This document shows, piece after piece, positions 24,432-39,300 of a stretch of DNA of 64,000 bases (position 1 is its first letter; the number at the start of each line of letters is the position of its first letter). A program made the translations under genes and the position numbers. The stretch is from Balanoglossus misakiensis. Lineage: Eukaryota; Animalia; Hemichordata. The notes below the pieces were generated by a model that saw only the letters and a list, made by a program, of their open reading frames with translations, had not been told where the DNA came from and searched no databases. The stretch is from assembly GCA_040954595.2 (NCBI GenBank), contig CM082587.2, positions 11,165,403-11,229,402 of the forward strand, in the 5' to 3' direction.

Positions 24432-26860
24432 ATGAAGTGGTGACCTAAGACAGGCGACAGTCAGGCTTCACTTACAAAAAGTGGAAAATATAATAGCTAC
24501 ATTGGTAGGCTGAAAGCTTACTTCCTGAGACTGTTTGTGCCAATGACGGGTAAGAACACTTATGAAGTGGTGACCTAAGACAGGCGACAGTCAGGCTTCA
24601 CTTACAAAAAGTGGAAAATACAATAGCTACATTGGTAGGCTGAAAGCTTACTTCCTGAGACTGTTTGTGCCAATGACGGGTAAGACCGCTTATGAAGTGG
24701 TGACCTAAGACAGCCGACAGTCAGGCTTCACTTACAAAAAGTGGAAAATACAATAGCTACATTGGTAGGCTGAAAGCTTACTTCCTGAGACTGTTTGTGC
24801 CAATGACGGGTAAGACCGCTTATGAAGTGGTGACCTAAGACAGGCGACAGTCAGGCTTCACTTACAAAAAGTGGAAAATATAATAGCTACATTGGTAGGC
24901 TGAAAGCTTACTTCCTGAGACTGTTTGTGCCAATGACGGGTAAGACCTCTTATGAAGTGGTGACCTAAGACAGGCGACAGTCAGACTTCACTTACAAAAA
25001 GTGGAAAATACAATAGCTACATTGGTAGGCTGAAAGCTTATTTCCTGTCTGTTTGTGCCAATGACGGGTAAGACCTCTTATGAAGTGGTGACCTAAGACA
25101 GGCGACAGTCAGGCTTCACTTACAAAAAGTTGAAAATACAATAGCTACATTGGTAGGCTGAAAGCTTACTTCCTGAGACTGTTTGTGCCAATGACGGGTA
25201 AGACCTCTTATGAAGTGGTGACCTAAGACAGGCGACAGTCAGGCTTCACTTACAAAAAGTGGAAAATATAATAGCTACATTGGTAGGCTGAAAGCTAACT
25301 TCCTGAGACTGTTTGTGCCAATGACGGGTAAGACTGCTTATGAAGTGGTGACCTAAGACAGGCGACAGTCAGGCTTCACTTACAAAAAGTGGAAAATATA
25401 ATAGCTACATTGGTAGGCTGAAAGCTTACTTCCTGAGACTGTTTGTGCCAATGACGGGTAAGAACACTTATGAAGTGGTGACCTAAGACAGGCAACAGTC
25501 AGGCTTCACTTACAAAAAGTGGAAAATACAATAGCTACATTGGTAGGCTGAAAGCTTACTTCCTGAGACTGTTTGTGCCAATGACGGGTAAGACCGCTTA
25601 TGAAGTGGTGACCTAAGACAGGCGACAGTCAGGCTTCACTTACAAACAGTTGAAAATACAAAAGCTACATTGGTAGGCTGAAAGCTTACTTCCTGTCTGT
25701 TTGTGCCAATGACGGGTAAGACCTCTTATGAAGTGGTGACCTAAGACAGGCGACAGTCAGGCTTCACTTACAAAAAGTTGAAAATACAATAGCTACATTG
25801 GTAGGCTGAAAGCTTACTTCCTGAGACTGTTTGTGCCAATGACGGGTAAGACCTCTTATGAAGTGGTGACCTAAGACAGGCGACAGTAAGGCTTCACTTA
25901 CAAAAAGTGGAAAATATAATAGCTACATTGGTAGGCTGAAAGCTAACTTCCTGAGACTGTATGTGCCAATGACGGGTAAGACCGCTTATGAAGTGGTGAC
26001 CTAAGACAGGCGACAGTCAGGCTTCACTTACAAAAAGTGGAAAATATAATAGCTACATTGGTAGGCTGAAAGCTTACTTCCTGAGACTGTTTGTGCCAAT
26101 GAGGGGTAAGAACACTTATGAAGTGGTGACCTAAGACAGGCGACAGTCAGGCTTCACTTACAAAAAGTGGAAAATACAATAGCTACATTGGTAGGCTGAA
26201 AGCTTACTTCCTGAGACTGTTTGTGCCAATGACGGGTAAGACCGCTTATGAAGTGGTGACCTAAGACAGGCGACAGTCAGGCTTCACTTACAAAAAGTGG
26301 AAAATACAATAGCTACATTGGTAGGCTGAAAGCTTACTTCCTGAGACTGTTTGTGCCAATGACGGGTAAGACCGCTTATGAAGTGGTGACCTAAGACAGG
26401 CGACAGTCAGGCTTCACTTACAAAAAGTGGAAAATATAATAGCTACATTGGTAGGCTGAAAGCTTACTTCCTGAGACTGTTTGTGCCAATGACGGGTAAG
26501 ACCTCTTATGAAGTGGTGACCTAAGACAGGCGACAGTCAGGCTTCACTTACAAACAGTTGAAAATACAAAAGCTACATTGGTAGGCTGAAAGCTTACTTC
26601 CTGTCTGTTTGTGCCAATGACGGGTAAGACCTCTTATGAAGTGGTGACCTAAGACAGGCGACAGTCAGGCTTCACTTACAAAAAGTGGAAAATATAATAG
26701 CTACATTGGTAGGCTGAAAGCTTACTTCCTGAGACTGTTTGTGCCAATGACGGGTAAGACCTCTTATGAAGTGGTGACCTAAGACAGGCGACAGTCAGGC
26801 TTCACTTACAAAAAGTGGAAAATACAATAGCTACATTGGTAGGCTGAAAGCTTACTTCCT
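24432..26860 (+). repeat. 130-bp satellite array, block 3 (~19 monomers)
   Basis: Same monomer; includes 128-bp variants (TTCCTGTCTG). Confidence 0.99.
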
Positions 26861-27341
26861 TCAGTGCTTGGAAATTTCTAAGCTCTCACATTCCCTGAGT
26901 GTCTGGAAATTTCCGACCACTGACCCTTGTCAGTGCTTGGAAATTTCCAGGCTCTCACATTCCCTGAGTGTCTGGAAATTTCCGACCACTGACCCTTGTC
27001 AGTGCTTGGAAATTTCCAGGCTCTCACATTTCCAAGCACTGACCCTTCTGGAGTGACTAGCAATTTTTTGCAAATTGTACTATTAATTGAATTCATAATT
27101 TAGTTATTAGTTTTTTTCAATGAAATATTCAAATCCATACAACCTAAAGATGGCTCCTTCATTATTTCTATGGAAATTTCACAGTTTATTCTTTTCTTTC
27201 TGCACACTCGCAAACATCTTGAAAATAATCATAGAAAAATATCGAAATATATTGTACTGTGAACAAAACACTAATTTCCTTGAAAAAAGTTTAAAAAACG
27301 GCTACTTTTCGGAAATTGGAAAATGTTTTCTATACTGTTTC
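26861..27341 (+). repeat. Second copy of the 69-mer end plus AT-rich spacer (duplication, offset 2910)
   Basis: Matches 23951-24431; the ORF track gives identical peptides at 24210/27120 and 23968/26878. Confidence 0.95.
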
Positions 27342-30300
27342 ATGAAGTGGTGACCTAAGACAGGCGACAGTCAGGCTTCACTTACAAAAAGTGGAAAATA
27401 TAATAGCTACATTGGTAGGCTGAAAGCTTACTTCCTGAGACTGTTTGTGCCAATGACGGGTAAGAACACTTATGAAGTGGTGACCTAAGACAGGCGACAG
27501 TCAGGCTTCACTTACAAAAAGTGGAAAATACAATAGCTACATTGGTAGGCTGAAAGCTTACTTCCTGAGACTGTTTGTGCCAATGACTGGTAAGACCGCT
27601 TATGAAGTGGTGACCTAAGACAGCCGACAGTCAGGCTTCACTTACAAAAAGTGGAAAATACAATAGCTACATTGGTAGGCTGAAAGCTTACTTCCTGAGA
27701 CTGTTTGTGCCAATGACGGGTAAGACCGCTTATGAAGTGGTGACCTAAGACAGGCGACAGTCAGGCTTCACTTACAAAAAGTGGAAAATATAATAGCTAC
27801 ATTGGTAGGCTGAAAGCTTACTTCCTGAGACTGTTTGTGCCAATGACGGGTAAGACCTCTTATGAAGTGGTGACCTAAGACAGGCGACAGTCAGACTTCA
27901 CTTACAAAAAGTGGAAAATACAATAGCTACATTGGTAGGCTGAAAGCTTATTTCCTGTCTGTTTGTGCCAATGACGGGTAAGACCTCTTATGAAGTGGTG
28001 ACCTAAGACAGGCGACAGTCAGGCTTCACTTACAAAAAGTTGAAAATACAATAGCTACATTGGTAGGCTGAAAGCTTACTTCCTGAGACTGTTTGTGCCA
28101 ATGACGGGTAAGACCTCTTATGAAGTGGTGACCTAAGACAGGCGACAGTCAGGCTTCACTTACAAAAAGTGGAAAATATAATAGCTACATTGGTAGGCTG
28201 AAAGCTAACTTCCTGAGACTGTTTGTGCCAATGACGGGTAAGACCGCTTATGAAGTGGTGACCTAAGACAGGCGACAGTCAGGCTTCACTTACAAAAAGT
28301 GGAAAATATAATAGCTACATTGGTAGGCTGAAAGCTTACTTCCTGAGACTGTTTGTGCCAATGACGGGTAAGAACACTTATGAAGTGGTGACCTAAGACA
28401 GGCAACAGTCAGGCTTCACTTACAAAAAGTGGAAAATACAATAGCTACATTGGTAGGCTGAAAGCTTACTTCCTGAGACTGTTTGTGCCAATGACGGGTA
28501 AGACCGCTTATGAAGTGGTGACCTAAGACAGGCGACAGTCAGGCTTCACTTACAAACAGTTGAAAATACAAAAGCTACATTGGTAGGCTGAAAGCTTACT
28601 TCCTGTCTGTTTGTGCCAATGACGGGTAAGACCTCTTATGAAGTGGTGACCTAAGACAGGCGACAGTCAGGCTTCACTTACAAAAAGTTGAAAATACAAT
28701 AGCTACATTGGTAGGCTGAAAGCTTACTTCCTGAGACTGTTTGTGCCAATGACGGGTAAGACCTCTTATGAAGTGGTGACCTAAGACAGGCGACAGTAAG
28801 GCTTCACTTACAAAAAGTGGAAAATATAATAGCTACATTGGTAGGCTGAAAGCTTACGTCCTGAGTCTGTTTGTGCCAATGACGAGTAAGACCTCTTATG
28901 AAGTGGTGACCTAAGACAGGCGACAGTCAGGCTTCACTTACAAAAAGTTGAAAATACAATAGCTACATTGGTAGGCTGAAAGCTTACTTCCTGAGACTGT
29001 TTGTGCCAATGACGGGTAAGACCTCTTATGAAGTGGTGACCTAAGACAGGCGACAGTCAGGCTTCACTTACAAAAAGTGGAAAATATAATAGCTACATTG
29101 GTAGGCTGAAAGCTTACTTCCTAAGACTGTTTGTGCCTATGACGGGTAAGACCGCTTATGAAGTGGTGACCTAAGACAGGCGACAGTCAGGCTTCACTTA
29201 CAAAAAGTGGAAAATACAATAGCTACATTGGTAGGCTGAAAGCTTACTTCCTGAGACTGTTTGTGCCAATGACGGGTAAGACCACTTATGAAGTGGTGAC
29301 CTAAGACAGGCGACAGTCAGGCTTCACTTACAAAAAGTGGAAAATATAATAGCTACATTGGTAGGCTGAAAGCTTACTTCCTGAGACTGTTTGTGCCAAT
29401 GACGGGTAAGACCGCTTATGAGGTGGTGACCTAAGACAGGCGACAGTCAGGCTTCACTTACAAAAAGTAAAAAATTTAATAGCTACATTGGTAGGCTGAA
29501 AGCTTACTTCCTCAGACTGTTTGTGCCAATGACGGGTAAGACCTCTTATGAAGTGGTGACCTAAGACAGGCGACAGTCAGACTTCACTTACAAAAAGTGG
29601 AAAACACAATAGCTACATTGGTAGGCTGAAAGCTTACTTCCTGAGACTGTTTGTGCCAATGACGGGTAAGACCTCTTATGAAGTGGTGACCTAAAACAGG
29701 CGACAGTCAGACTTCACTTACAAAAAGTGGAAAATACAATAGCTACATTGGTAGGCTGAAAGCTTACGTCCTGAGTCTGTTTGTGCCAATGACGAGTAAG
29801 ACCTCTTATGAAGTGGTGACATAAGACAGGCGACAGTCAGGCTTCACTTACAAAAAGTGGAAAATATAATAGCTACATTGGTAGGCTGAAAGCTTACTTC
29901 CTGAGACTGTTTGTGCCAATGACGGGTAAGACCGCTTATGAGGTGGTGACCTAAGACAGGCGACAGTCAGGCTTCACTTACAAAAAGTAAAAAATTTAAT
30001 AGCTACATTGGTAGGCTGAAAGCTTACTTCCTGAGACTGTTTGTGCCAATGACGGGTAAGACCGCTTATGAAGAGGTGACCTAAGACAGGCGACAGTCAG
30101 GCTTCACTTACAAAAAGTGGAAAATATAATAGCTACATTGGTAGGCTGAAAGCTTACTTCCTGAGACTGTTTGTGCCAATGACGGGTAAGACCTCTTATG
30201 AAGTGGTGACCTAAGACAGGCGACAGTCAGGCTTCACTTACAAAAAGTGGAAAATACAATAGCTACATTGGTAGGCTGAAAGCTTACCTCCTGAGACTGT

Positions 30301-33300
30301 TTGTGCCAATGACGGGTAAGACCTCTTATGAAGTGGTGACCTAAGACAGGCGACAGTCAGGCTTCACTTACAAAAAGTGGAAAATACAATAGCTACATTG
30401 GTAGGCTGAAAGCTTACTTCCTGAGACTGTTTGTGCCAATGACGGGTAAGACCTCTTATGAAGTGGTGACCTAAGACAGGCGACAGTCAGACTTCACTTA
30501 CAAAAAGTGGAAAATACAATAGCTACATTGGTAGGCTGAAAGCTTACGTCCTGAGTCTGTTTGTGCCAATGACGAGTAAGACCTCTTATGAAGTGGTGAC
30601 CTAAGACAGGCGACAGTCAGGCTTCACTTACAAAAAGTTGAAAATACAATAGCTACATTGGTAGGCTGAAAGCTTACTTCCTGAGACTGTTTGTGCCAAT
30701 GACGGGTAAGACCTCTTATGAAGTGGTGACCTAAGACAGGCGACAGTCAGGCTTCACTTACAAAAAGTGGAAAATATAATAGCTACATTGGTAGGCTGAA
30801 AGCTTACTTCCTGAGACTGTTTGTGCCTATGACGGGTAAGACCGCTTATGAAGTGGTGACCTAAGACAGGCGACAGTCAGGCTTCACTTACAAAAAGTGG
30901 AAAATACAATAGCTACATTGGTAGGCTGAAAGCTTACTTCCTGAGACTGTTTGTGCCAATGACGGGTAAGACCACTTATGAAGTGGTGACCTAAGACAGG
31001 CGACAGTCAGGCTTCACTTACAAAAAGTGGAAAATATAATAGCTACATTGGTAGGCTGAAAGCTTACTCCCTGAGACTGTTTGTGCCAATGACGGGTAAG
31101 ACCGCTTATGAAGTGGTGACCTAAGACAGGCGACAGTCAGGCTTCACTTACAAAAAGTGGAAAATATAATAGCTACATTGGTAGGCTGAAAGCTTACTTC
31201 CTGAGACTGTTTGTGCCAATGACGGGTAAGACCGCTTATGAGGTGGTGACCTAAGACAGGCGACAGTCAGGCTTCACTTACAAAAAGTAAAAAATTTAAT
31301 AGCTACATTGGTAGGCTGAAAGCTTACTTCCTGAGACTGTTTGTGCCAATGACGGGTAAGACCGCTTATGAAGAGGTGACCTAAGACAGGCGACAGTCAG
31401 GCTTCACTTACAAAAAGTGGAAAATATAATAGCTACATTGGTAGGCTGAAAGCTTACTTCCTGAGACTGTTTGTGCCAATGACGGGTAAGACCTCTTATG
31501 AAGTGGTGACCTAAGACAGGCGACAGTCAGGCTTCACTTACAAAAAGTGGAAAATACAATAGCTACATTGGTAGGCTGAAAGCTTACCTCCTGAGACTGT
31601 TTGTGCCAATGACGGGTAAGACCTCTTATGAAGTGGTGACCTAAGAAAGGCGACAGTCAGGCTTCACTAACAAAAAGTGGAAAATACAATAGCTACATTG
31701 GTAGGCTGGAAGCTTACTTCCCGAGACTGTTTGTGCCTATGACGGGTAAGACCGCTTATAAAGTGGTGACCTAAGACAGGCGACAGTCAGGCTTCACTTA
31801 CAAAAAGTGGAAAATACAATAGCTACATTGGTAGGCTGAAAGCTTACTTCCTGAGACTGTTTGTGCCAATGACGGGTAAGACCGCTTATGAAGTGGTGAC
31901 CTAAGACAGGCGACAGTCAGGCTTCACTTACAAAAAGTGGAAAATATAATAGCTACATTGGTAGGCTGAAAGCTTACTTCCTGAGACTGTTTGTGCCAAT
32001 GACGGGTAAGACCGCTTATGAAGTGGTGACCTAAGACAGGCGACAGTCAGGCTTCACTTACAAAAAGTGGAAAATACAATAGCTACATTGGTAGGCTGAA
32101 AGCTTACCTCCTGAGACTGTTTGTGCCAATGACGGGTAAGACCTCTTATGAAGTGGTGACCTAAGAAAGGCGACAGTCAGGCTTCACTAACAAAAAGTGG
32201 AAAATACAATAGCTACATTGGTAGGCTGGAAGCTTACTTCCCGAGACTGTTTGTGCCTATGACGGGTAAGACCGCTTATAAAGTGGTGACCTAAGACAGG
32301 CGACAGTCAGGCTTCACTTACAAAAAGTGGAAAATACAATAGCTACATTGGTAGGCTGAAAGCTTACTTCCTGAGACTGTTTGTGCCAATGACGGGTAAG
32401 ACCGCTTATGAAGTGGTGACCTAAGACAGGCGACAGTCAGGCTTCACTTACAAAAAGTGGAAAATATAATAGCTACATTGGTAGGCTGAAAGCTTACTTC
32501 CTGAGACTGTTTGTGCCAATGACGGGTAAGACCGCTTATGAGTCGGTGACCTAAGACAGGCGACAGTCAGGCTTCACTTACAAAAAGTGGAAAATACAAT
32601 AGCTACATTGGTAGGCTGAAAGCTTACTTCCGGAGACTGTTTGTGCCAATGACGGGTAAGACCTCTTATGAAGTGGTGACCTAAGACAGGCGACAGTCAG
32701 GCTTCACTTACAAAAAGTTGAAAATACAATAGCTACATTGGTAGGCTGAAAGCTTACTTCCTGAGTCTGTTTGTGCCAATGACGGGTAAGACCTCTTATG
32801 AAGTGGTGACCTAAGACAGGCGACAGTCAGGCTTCACTTACAAAAAGTTGAAAATACAATAGCTACATTGGTAGGCTGAAAGCTTACGTCCTGAGACTGT
32901 TTGTGCCAATGACGGGTAAGACCTCTTATGAAGTGGTGACCTAAGACAGGCGACACTCAGGCTTCACTTACAAAAAGTTGAAAATACAATAGCTACATTG
33001 GTAGGCTGAAAGCTTACTTCCTGAGACTGTTTGTGCCAATGACGGGTAAGACCTCTTATGAAGTGGTGACCTAAGACAGGCGACAGTCAGGCTTCACTTA
33101 CAAAAAGTGGAAAATATAATAGCTACATTGGTAGGCTGAAAGCTTACTTCCTGAGACTGTTTGTGCCTATGACGGGTAAGACCGCTTATGAAGTGGTGAC
33201 CTAAGACAGGCGACAGTCAGGCTTCACTTACAAAAAGTGGAAAATACAATAGCTACATTGGTAGGCTGAAAGCTTACTTCCTGAGACTGTTTGTGCCAAT

Positions 33301-36300
33301 GACGGGTAAGACCACTTATGAAGAGGTGACCTAAGACAGGCGACAGTCAGGCTTCACTTACAAAAAGTGGAAAATATAATAGCTACATTGGTAGGCTGAA
33401 AGCTTACTTCCTGAGACTGTTTGTGCCAATGACGGGTAAGACCGCTTATGAGGTGGTGACCTAAGACAGGCGACAGTCAGGCTTCACTTACAAAAAGTAA
33501 AAAATTTAATAGCTACATTGGTAGGCTGAAAGCTTACTTCCTGAGACTGTTTGTGCCAATGACGGGTAAGACCGCTTATGAAGAGGTGACCTAAGACAGG
33601 CGACAGTCAGGCTTCACTTACAAAAAGTGGAAAATATAATAGCTACATTGGTAGGCTGAAAGCTTACTTCCTGAGACTGTTTGTGCCAATGACGGGTAAG
33701 ACCTCTTATGAAGTGGTGACCTAAGACAGGCGACAGTCAGGCTTCACTTACAAAAAGTGGAAAATATAATAGCTACATTGGTAGGCTGAAAGCTTACTTC
33801 CTGAGACTGTTTGTGCCTATGACGGGTAAGACCGCTTATGAAGTGGTGACCTAAGACAGGCGACAGTCAGGCTTCACTTACAAAAAGTGGAAAATACAAT
33901 AGCTACATTGGTAGGCTGAAAGCTTACTTCCTGAGACTGTTTGTGCCTATGACGGGTCAGACCGCTTATGAAGTGGTGACCTAAGACAGGCGACAGTCAG
34001 GCTTCACTTACAAAAAGTGGAAAATACAATAGCTACATTGGTAGGCTGAAAGCTTACTTCCTGAGACTGTTTGTGCCAATGACGGGTAAGACCTCTTATG
34101 AAGTGGTGACCTAAGACAGGCGACAGTCAGGCTTCACTTACAAAAAGTGGAAAATATAATAGCTACATTGGTAGGCTGAAAGCTTACTTCCTGAGACTGT
34201 TTGTGCCTATGACGGGTAAGACCGCTTATGAAGTGGTGACCTAAGACAGGCGACAGTCAGGCTTCACTTACAAAAAGTGGAAAATACAATAGCTACATTG
34301 GTAGGCTGAAAGCTTACTTCCTGAGACTGTTTGTGCCTATGACGGGTCAGACCGCTTATGAAGTGGTGACCTAAGACAGGCGACAGTCAGGCTTCACTTA
34401 CAAAAAGTGGAAAATACAATAGCTACATTGGTAGGCTGAAAGCTTACTTCCTGAGACTGTTTGTGCCAATGACGGGTAAGACCACTTATGAAGTGGTGAC
34501 CTAAGACAGGCGACAGTCAGGCTTCACTTACAAAAAGTGGAAAATATAATAGCTACATTGGTAGGCTGAAAGCTTACTTCCTGAGACTGTTTGTGCCAAT
34601 GACGGGTAAGACCGCTTATGAAGTGGTGACCTAAGACAGGCGACAGTCAGGCTTCACTTACAAAAAGTGGAAAATATAATAGCTACATTGGTAGGCTGAA
34701 AGCTTACTTCCTGAGACTGTTTGTGCCAATGACGGGTAAGACCGCTTATGAGGTGGTGACCTAAGACAGGCGACAGTCAGGCTTCACTTACAAAAAGTAA
34801 AAAATTTAATAGCTACATTGGTAGGCTGAAAGCTTACTTCCTGAGACTGTTTGTGCCAATGACGGGTAAGACCGCTTATGAAGAGGTGACCTAAGACAGG
34901 CGACAGTCAGGCTTCACTTACAAAAAGTGGAAAATATAATAGCTACATTGGTAGGCTGAAAGCTTACTTCCTGAGACTGTTTGTGCCAATGACGGGTAAG
35001 ACCTCTTATGAAGTGGTGACCTAAGACAGGCGACAGTCAGGCTTCACTTACAAAAAGTGGAAAATACAATAGCTACATTGGTAGGCTGAAAGCTTACCTC
35101 CTGAGACTGTTTGTGCCAATGACGGGTAAGACCTCTTATGAAGTGGTGACCTAAGAAAGGCGACAGTCAGGCTTCACTTACAAAAAGTGGAAAATACAAT
35201 AGCTACATTGGTAGGCTGAAAGCTTACTTCCCGAGACTGTTTGTGCCTATGACGGGTAAGACCGCTTATAAAGTGGTGACCTAAGACAGGCGACAGTCAG
35301 GCTTCACTTACAAAAAGTGGAAAATACAATAGCTACATTGGTAGGCTGAAAGCTTACTTCCTGAGACTGTTTGTGCCAATGATGGGTAAGACCGCTTATG
35401 AAGTGGTGACCTAAGACAGGCGACAGTCAGGCTTCACTTACAAAAAGTTGAAAATATAATAGCTACATTGGTAGGCTGAAAGCTTACTTCCTGAGACTGT
35501 TTGTGCCAATGACGGGTAAGACCGCTTATGAAGTGGTGACCTAAGACAGGCGACAGTCAGGCTTCACTTACAAAAAGTGGAAAATATAATAGCTACATTG
35601 GTAGGCTGAAAGCTTACTTCCTGAGACTGTTTGTGCCAATGACGGGTAAGACCGCTTATGAGTCGGTGACCTAAGACAGGCGACAGTCAGGCTTCACTTA
35701 CAAAAAGTGGAAAATATAATAGCTTCATTGGTAGGCTGAAAGCTAACTTCCTGAGACTGTTTGTGCCAATGACGGGTAAGACCGCTTATGAGGTGGTGAC
35801 CTAAGACAGGCGACAGTCAGGCTTCACTTACAAAAAGTGGTAAATATAATAGCTACATTGGTATGCTGAAAGCTTAATTCCTGAGACTGTTTGTGCCAAT
35901 GACGGGTAAGACCGCTTATGAAGTGGTGACCTAAGACAGGCGACAGTCAGGCTTCACTTACAAAAAGTGGAAAATATAATAGCTACATTGGTAGGCTGAA
36001 AGCTTACTTCCTGAGACTGTTTGTGCCAATGACGGGTAAGACCGCTTATGAGTCGGTGACCTAAGACAGGCGACAGTCAGGCTTCACTTACAAAAAGTGG
36101 AAAATATAATAGCTTCATTGGTAGGCTGAAAGCTAACTTCCTGAGACTGTTTGTGCCAATGACGGGTAAGACCGCTTATGAGGTGGTGACCTAAGACAGG
36201 CGACAGTCAGGCTTCACTTACAAAAAGTTGAAAATACAATAGCTACATTGGTAGGCTGAAAGCTTACTTCCTGAGACTGTTTGTGCCAATGACGGGTAAG

Positions 36301-39300
36301 ACCTCTTATGAAGTGGTGACCTAAGACAGGCGACAGTCAGGCTTCACTTACAAAAAGTGGAAAATATAATAGCTACATTGGTAGGCTGAAAGCTTACTTC
36401 CTGAGACTGTTTGTGCCTATGACGGGTAAGACCGCTTTTGAAGTGGTGACCTAAGACAGGCGACAGTCAGGCTTCACTTACAAAAAGTGGAAAATACAAT
36501 AGCTACATTGGTAGGCTGAAAGCTTACTTCCTGAGACTGTTTGTGCCAATGACGGGTAAGACCACTTATGAAGTGGTGACCTAAGACAGGCGACAGTCAG
36601 GCTTCACTTACAAAAAGTGGAAAATATAATAGCTACATTGGTAGGCTGAAAGCTTACTTCCTGAGACTGTTTGTGCCAATGACGGGTAAGACCGCTTATG
36701 AAGTGGTGACCTAAGACAGGCGACAGTCAGGCTTCACTTACAAAAAGTGGAAAATATAATAGCTACATTGGTAGGCTGAAAGCTTACTTCCTGAGACTGT
36801 TTGTGCCAATGACGGGTAAGACCGCTTATGAGGTGGTGACCTAAGACAGGCGACAGTCAGGCTTCACTTACAAAAAGTAAAAAATTTAATAGCTACATTG
36901 GTAGGCTGAAAGCTTACTTCCTGAGACTGTTTGTGCCAATGACGGGTAAGACCGCTTATGAAGAGGTGACCTAAGACAGGCGACAGTCAGGCTTCACTTA
37001 CAAAAAGTGGAAAATATAATAGCTACATTGGTAGGCTGAAAGCTTACTTCCTGAGACTGTTTGTGCCAATGACGGGTAAGACCTCTTATGAAGTGGTGAC
37101 CTAAGACAGGCGACAGTCAGGCTTCACTTACAAAAAGTGGAAAATACAATAGCTACATTGGTAGGCTGAAAGCTTACCTCCTGAGACTGTTTGTGCCAAT
37201 GACGGGTAAGACCTCTTATGAAGTGGTGACCTAAGAAAGGCGACAGTCAGGCTTCACTTACAAAAAGTGGAAAATACAATAGCTACATTGGTAGGCTGAA
37301 AGCTTACTTCCCGAGACTGTTTGTGCCTATGACGGGTAAGACCGCTTATAAAGTGGTGACCTAAGACAGGCGACAGTCAGGCTTCACTTACAAAAAGTGG
37401 AAAATACAATAGCTACATTGGTAGGCTGAAAGCTTACTTCCTGAGACTGTTTGTGCCAATGATGGGTAAGACCGCTTATGAAGTGGTGACCTAAGACAGG
37501 CGACAGTCAGGCTTCACTTACAAAAAGTTGAAAATATAATAGCTACATTGGTAGGCTGAAAGCTTACTTCCTGAGACTGTTTGTGCCAATGACGGGTAAG
37601 ACCGCTTATGAAGTGGTGACCTAAGACAGGCGACAGTCAGGCTTCACTTACAAAAAGTGGAAAATATAATAGCTACATTGGTAGGCTGAAAGCTTACTTC
37701 CTGAGACTGTTTGTGCCAATGACGGGTAAGACCGCTTATGAGTCGGTGACCTAAGACAGGCGACAGTCAGGCTTCACTTACAAAAAGTGGAAAATATAAT
37801 AGCTTCATTGGTAGGCTGAAAGCTAACTTCCTGAGACTGTTTGTGCCAATGACGGGTAAGACCGCTTATGAGGTGGTGACCTAAGACAGGCGACAGTCAG
37901 GCTTCACTTACAAAAAGTGGTAAATATAATAGCTACATTGGTATGCTGAAAGCTTAATTCCTGAGACTGTTTGTGCCAATGACGGGTAAGACCGCTTATG
38001 AAGTGGTGACCTAAGACAGGCGACAGTCAGGCTTCACTTACAAAAAGTGGAAAATATAATAGCTACATTGGTAGGCTGAAAGCTTACTTCCTGAGACTGT
38101 TTGTGCCAATGACGGGTAAGACCGCTTATGAGTCGGTGACCTAAGACAGGCGACAGTCAGGCTTCACTTACAAAAAGTGGAAAATATAATAGCTTCATTG
38201 GTAGGCTGAAAGCTAACTTCCTGAGACTGTTTGTGCCAATGACGGGTAAGACCGCTTATGAGGTGGTGACCTAAGACAGGCGACAGTCAGGCTTCACTTA
38301 CAAAAAGTTGAAAATACAATAGCTACATTGGTAGGCTGAAAGCTTACTTCCTGAGACTGTTTGTGCCAATGACGGGTAAGACCTCTTATGAAGTGGTGAC
38401 CTAAGACAGGCGACAGTCAGGCTTCACTTACAAAAAGTGGAAAATATAATAGCTACATTGGTATGCTGAAAGCTTACTTCCTGAGACTGTTTGTGCCTAT
38501 GACGGGTAAGACCGCTTTTGAAGTGGTGACCTAAGAAAGGCGACAGTCAGGCTTCACTTACAAAAAGTGGAAAATACAATAGCTACATTGGTAGGCTGAA
38601 AGCTTACTTCCTGAGACTGTTTGTGCCAATGACGGGTAAGACCTCTTATGAAGTGGTGACCTAAGACAGGCGACAGTCAGGCTTCACTTACAAAAAGTGG
38701 AAAATACAATAGCTACATTGGTAGGCTGAAAGCTTACTTCCTGAGACTGTTTGTGCCAATGACGGGTAAGACCGCTTATGAAGTGGTGACCTAAGACAGG
38801 CGACAGTCAGGCTTCACTTACAAAAAGTGGAAAATATAATAGCTACATTGGTAGGCTGAAAGCTTACTTCCTGAGACTGTTTGTGCCAATGACGGGTAAG
38901 ACCGCTTATGAAGTGGTGACCTAAGACAGGCGACAGTCAGGCTTCACTTACAAAAAGTGGAAAATATAATAGCTACATTGGTAGGCTGAAAGCTTACTTC
39001 CTGAGACTGTTTGTGCCAATGACGGGTAAGACCGCTTATGAGTCGGTGACCTAAGACAGGCGACAGTCAGGCTTCACTTACAAAAAGTGGAAAATATAAT
39101 ACTTCATTGGTAGGCTGAAAGCTAACTTCCTGAGACTGTTTGTGCCAATGACGGGTAAGACCGCTTATGAGGTGGTGACCTAAGACAGGCGACAGTCAGG
39201 CTTCACTTACAAAAAGTGGTAAATATAATAGCTACATTGGTATGCTGAAAGCTTAATTCCTGAGACTGTTTGTGCCAATGACGGGTAAGACCGCTTATGA

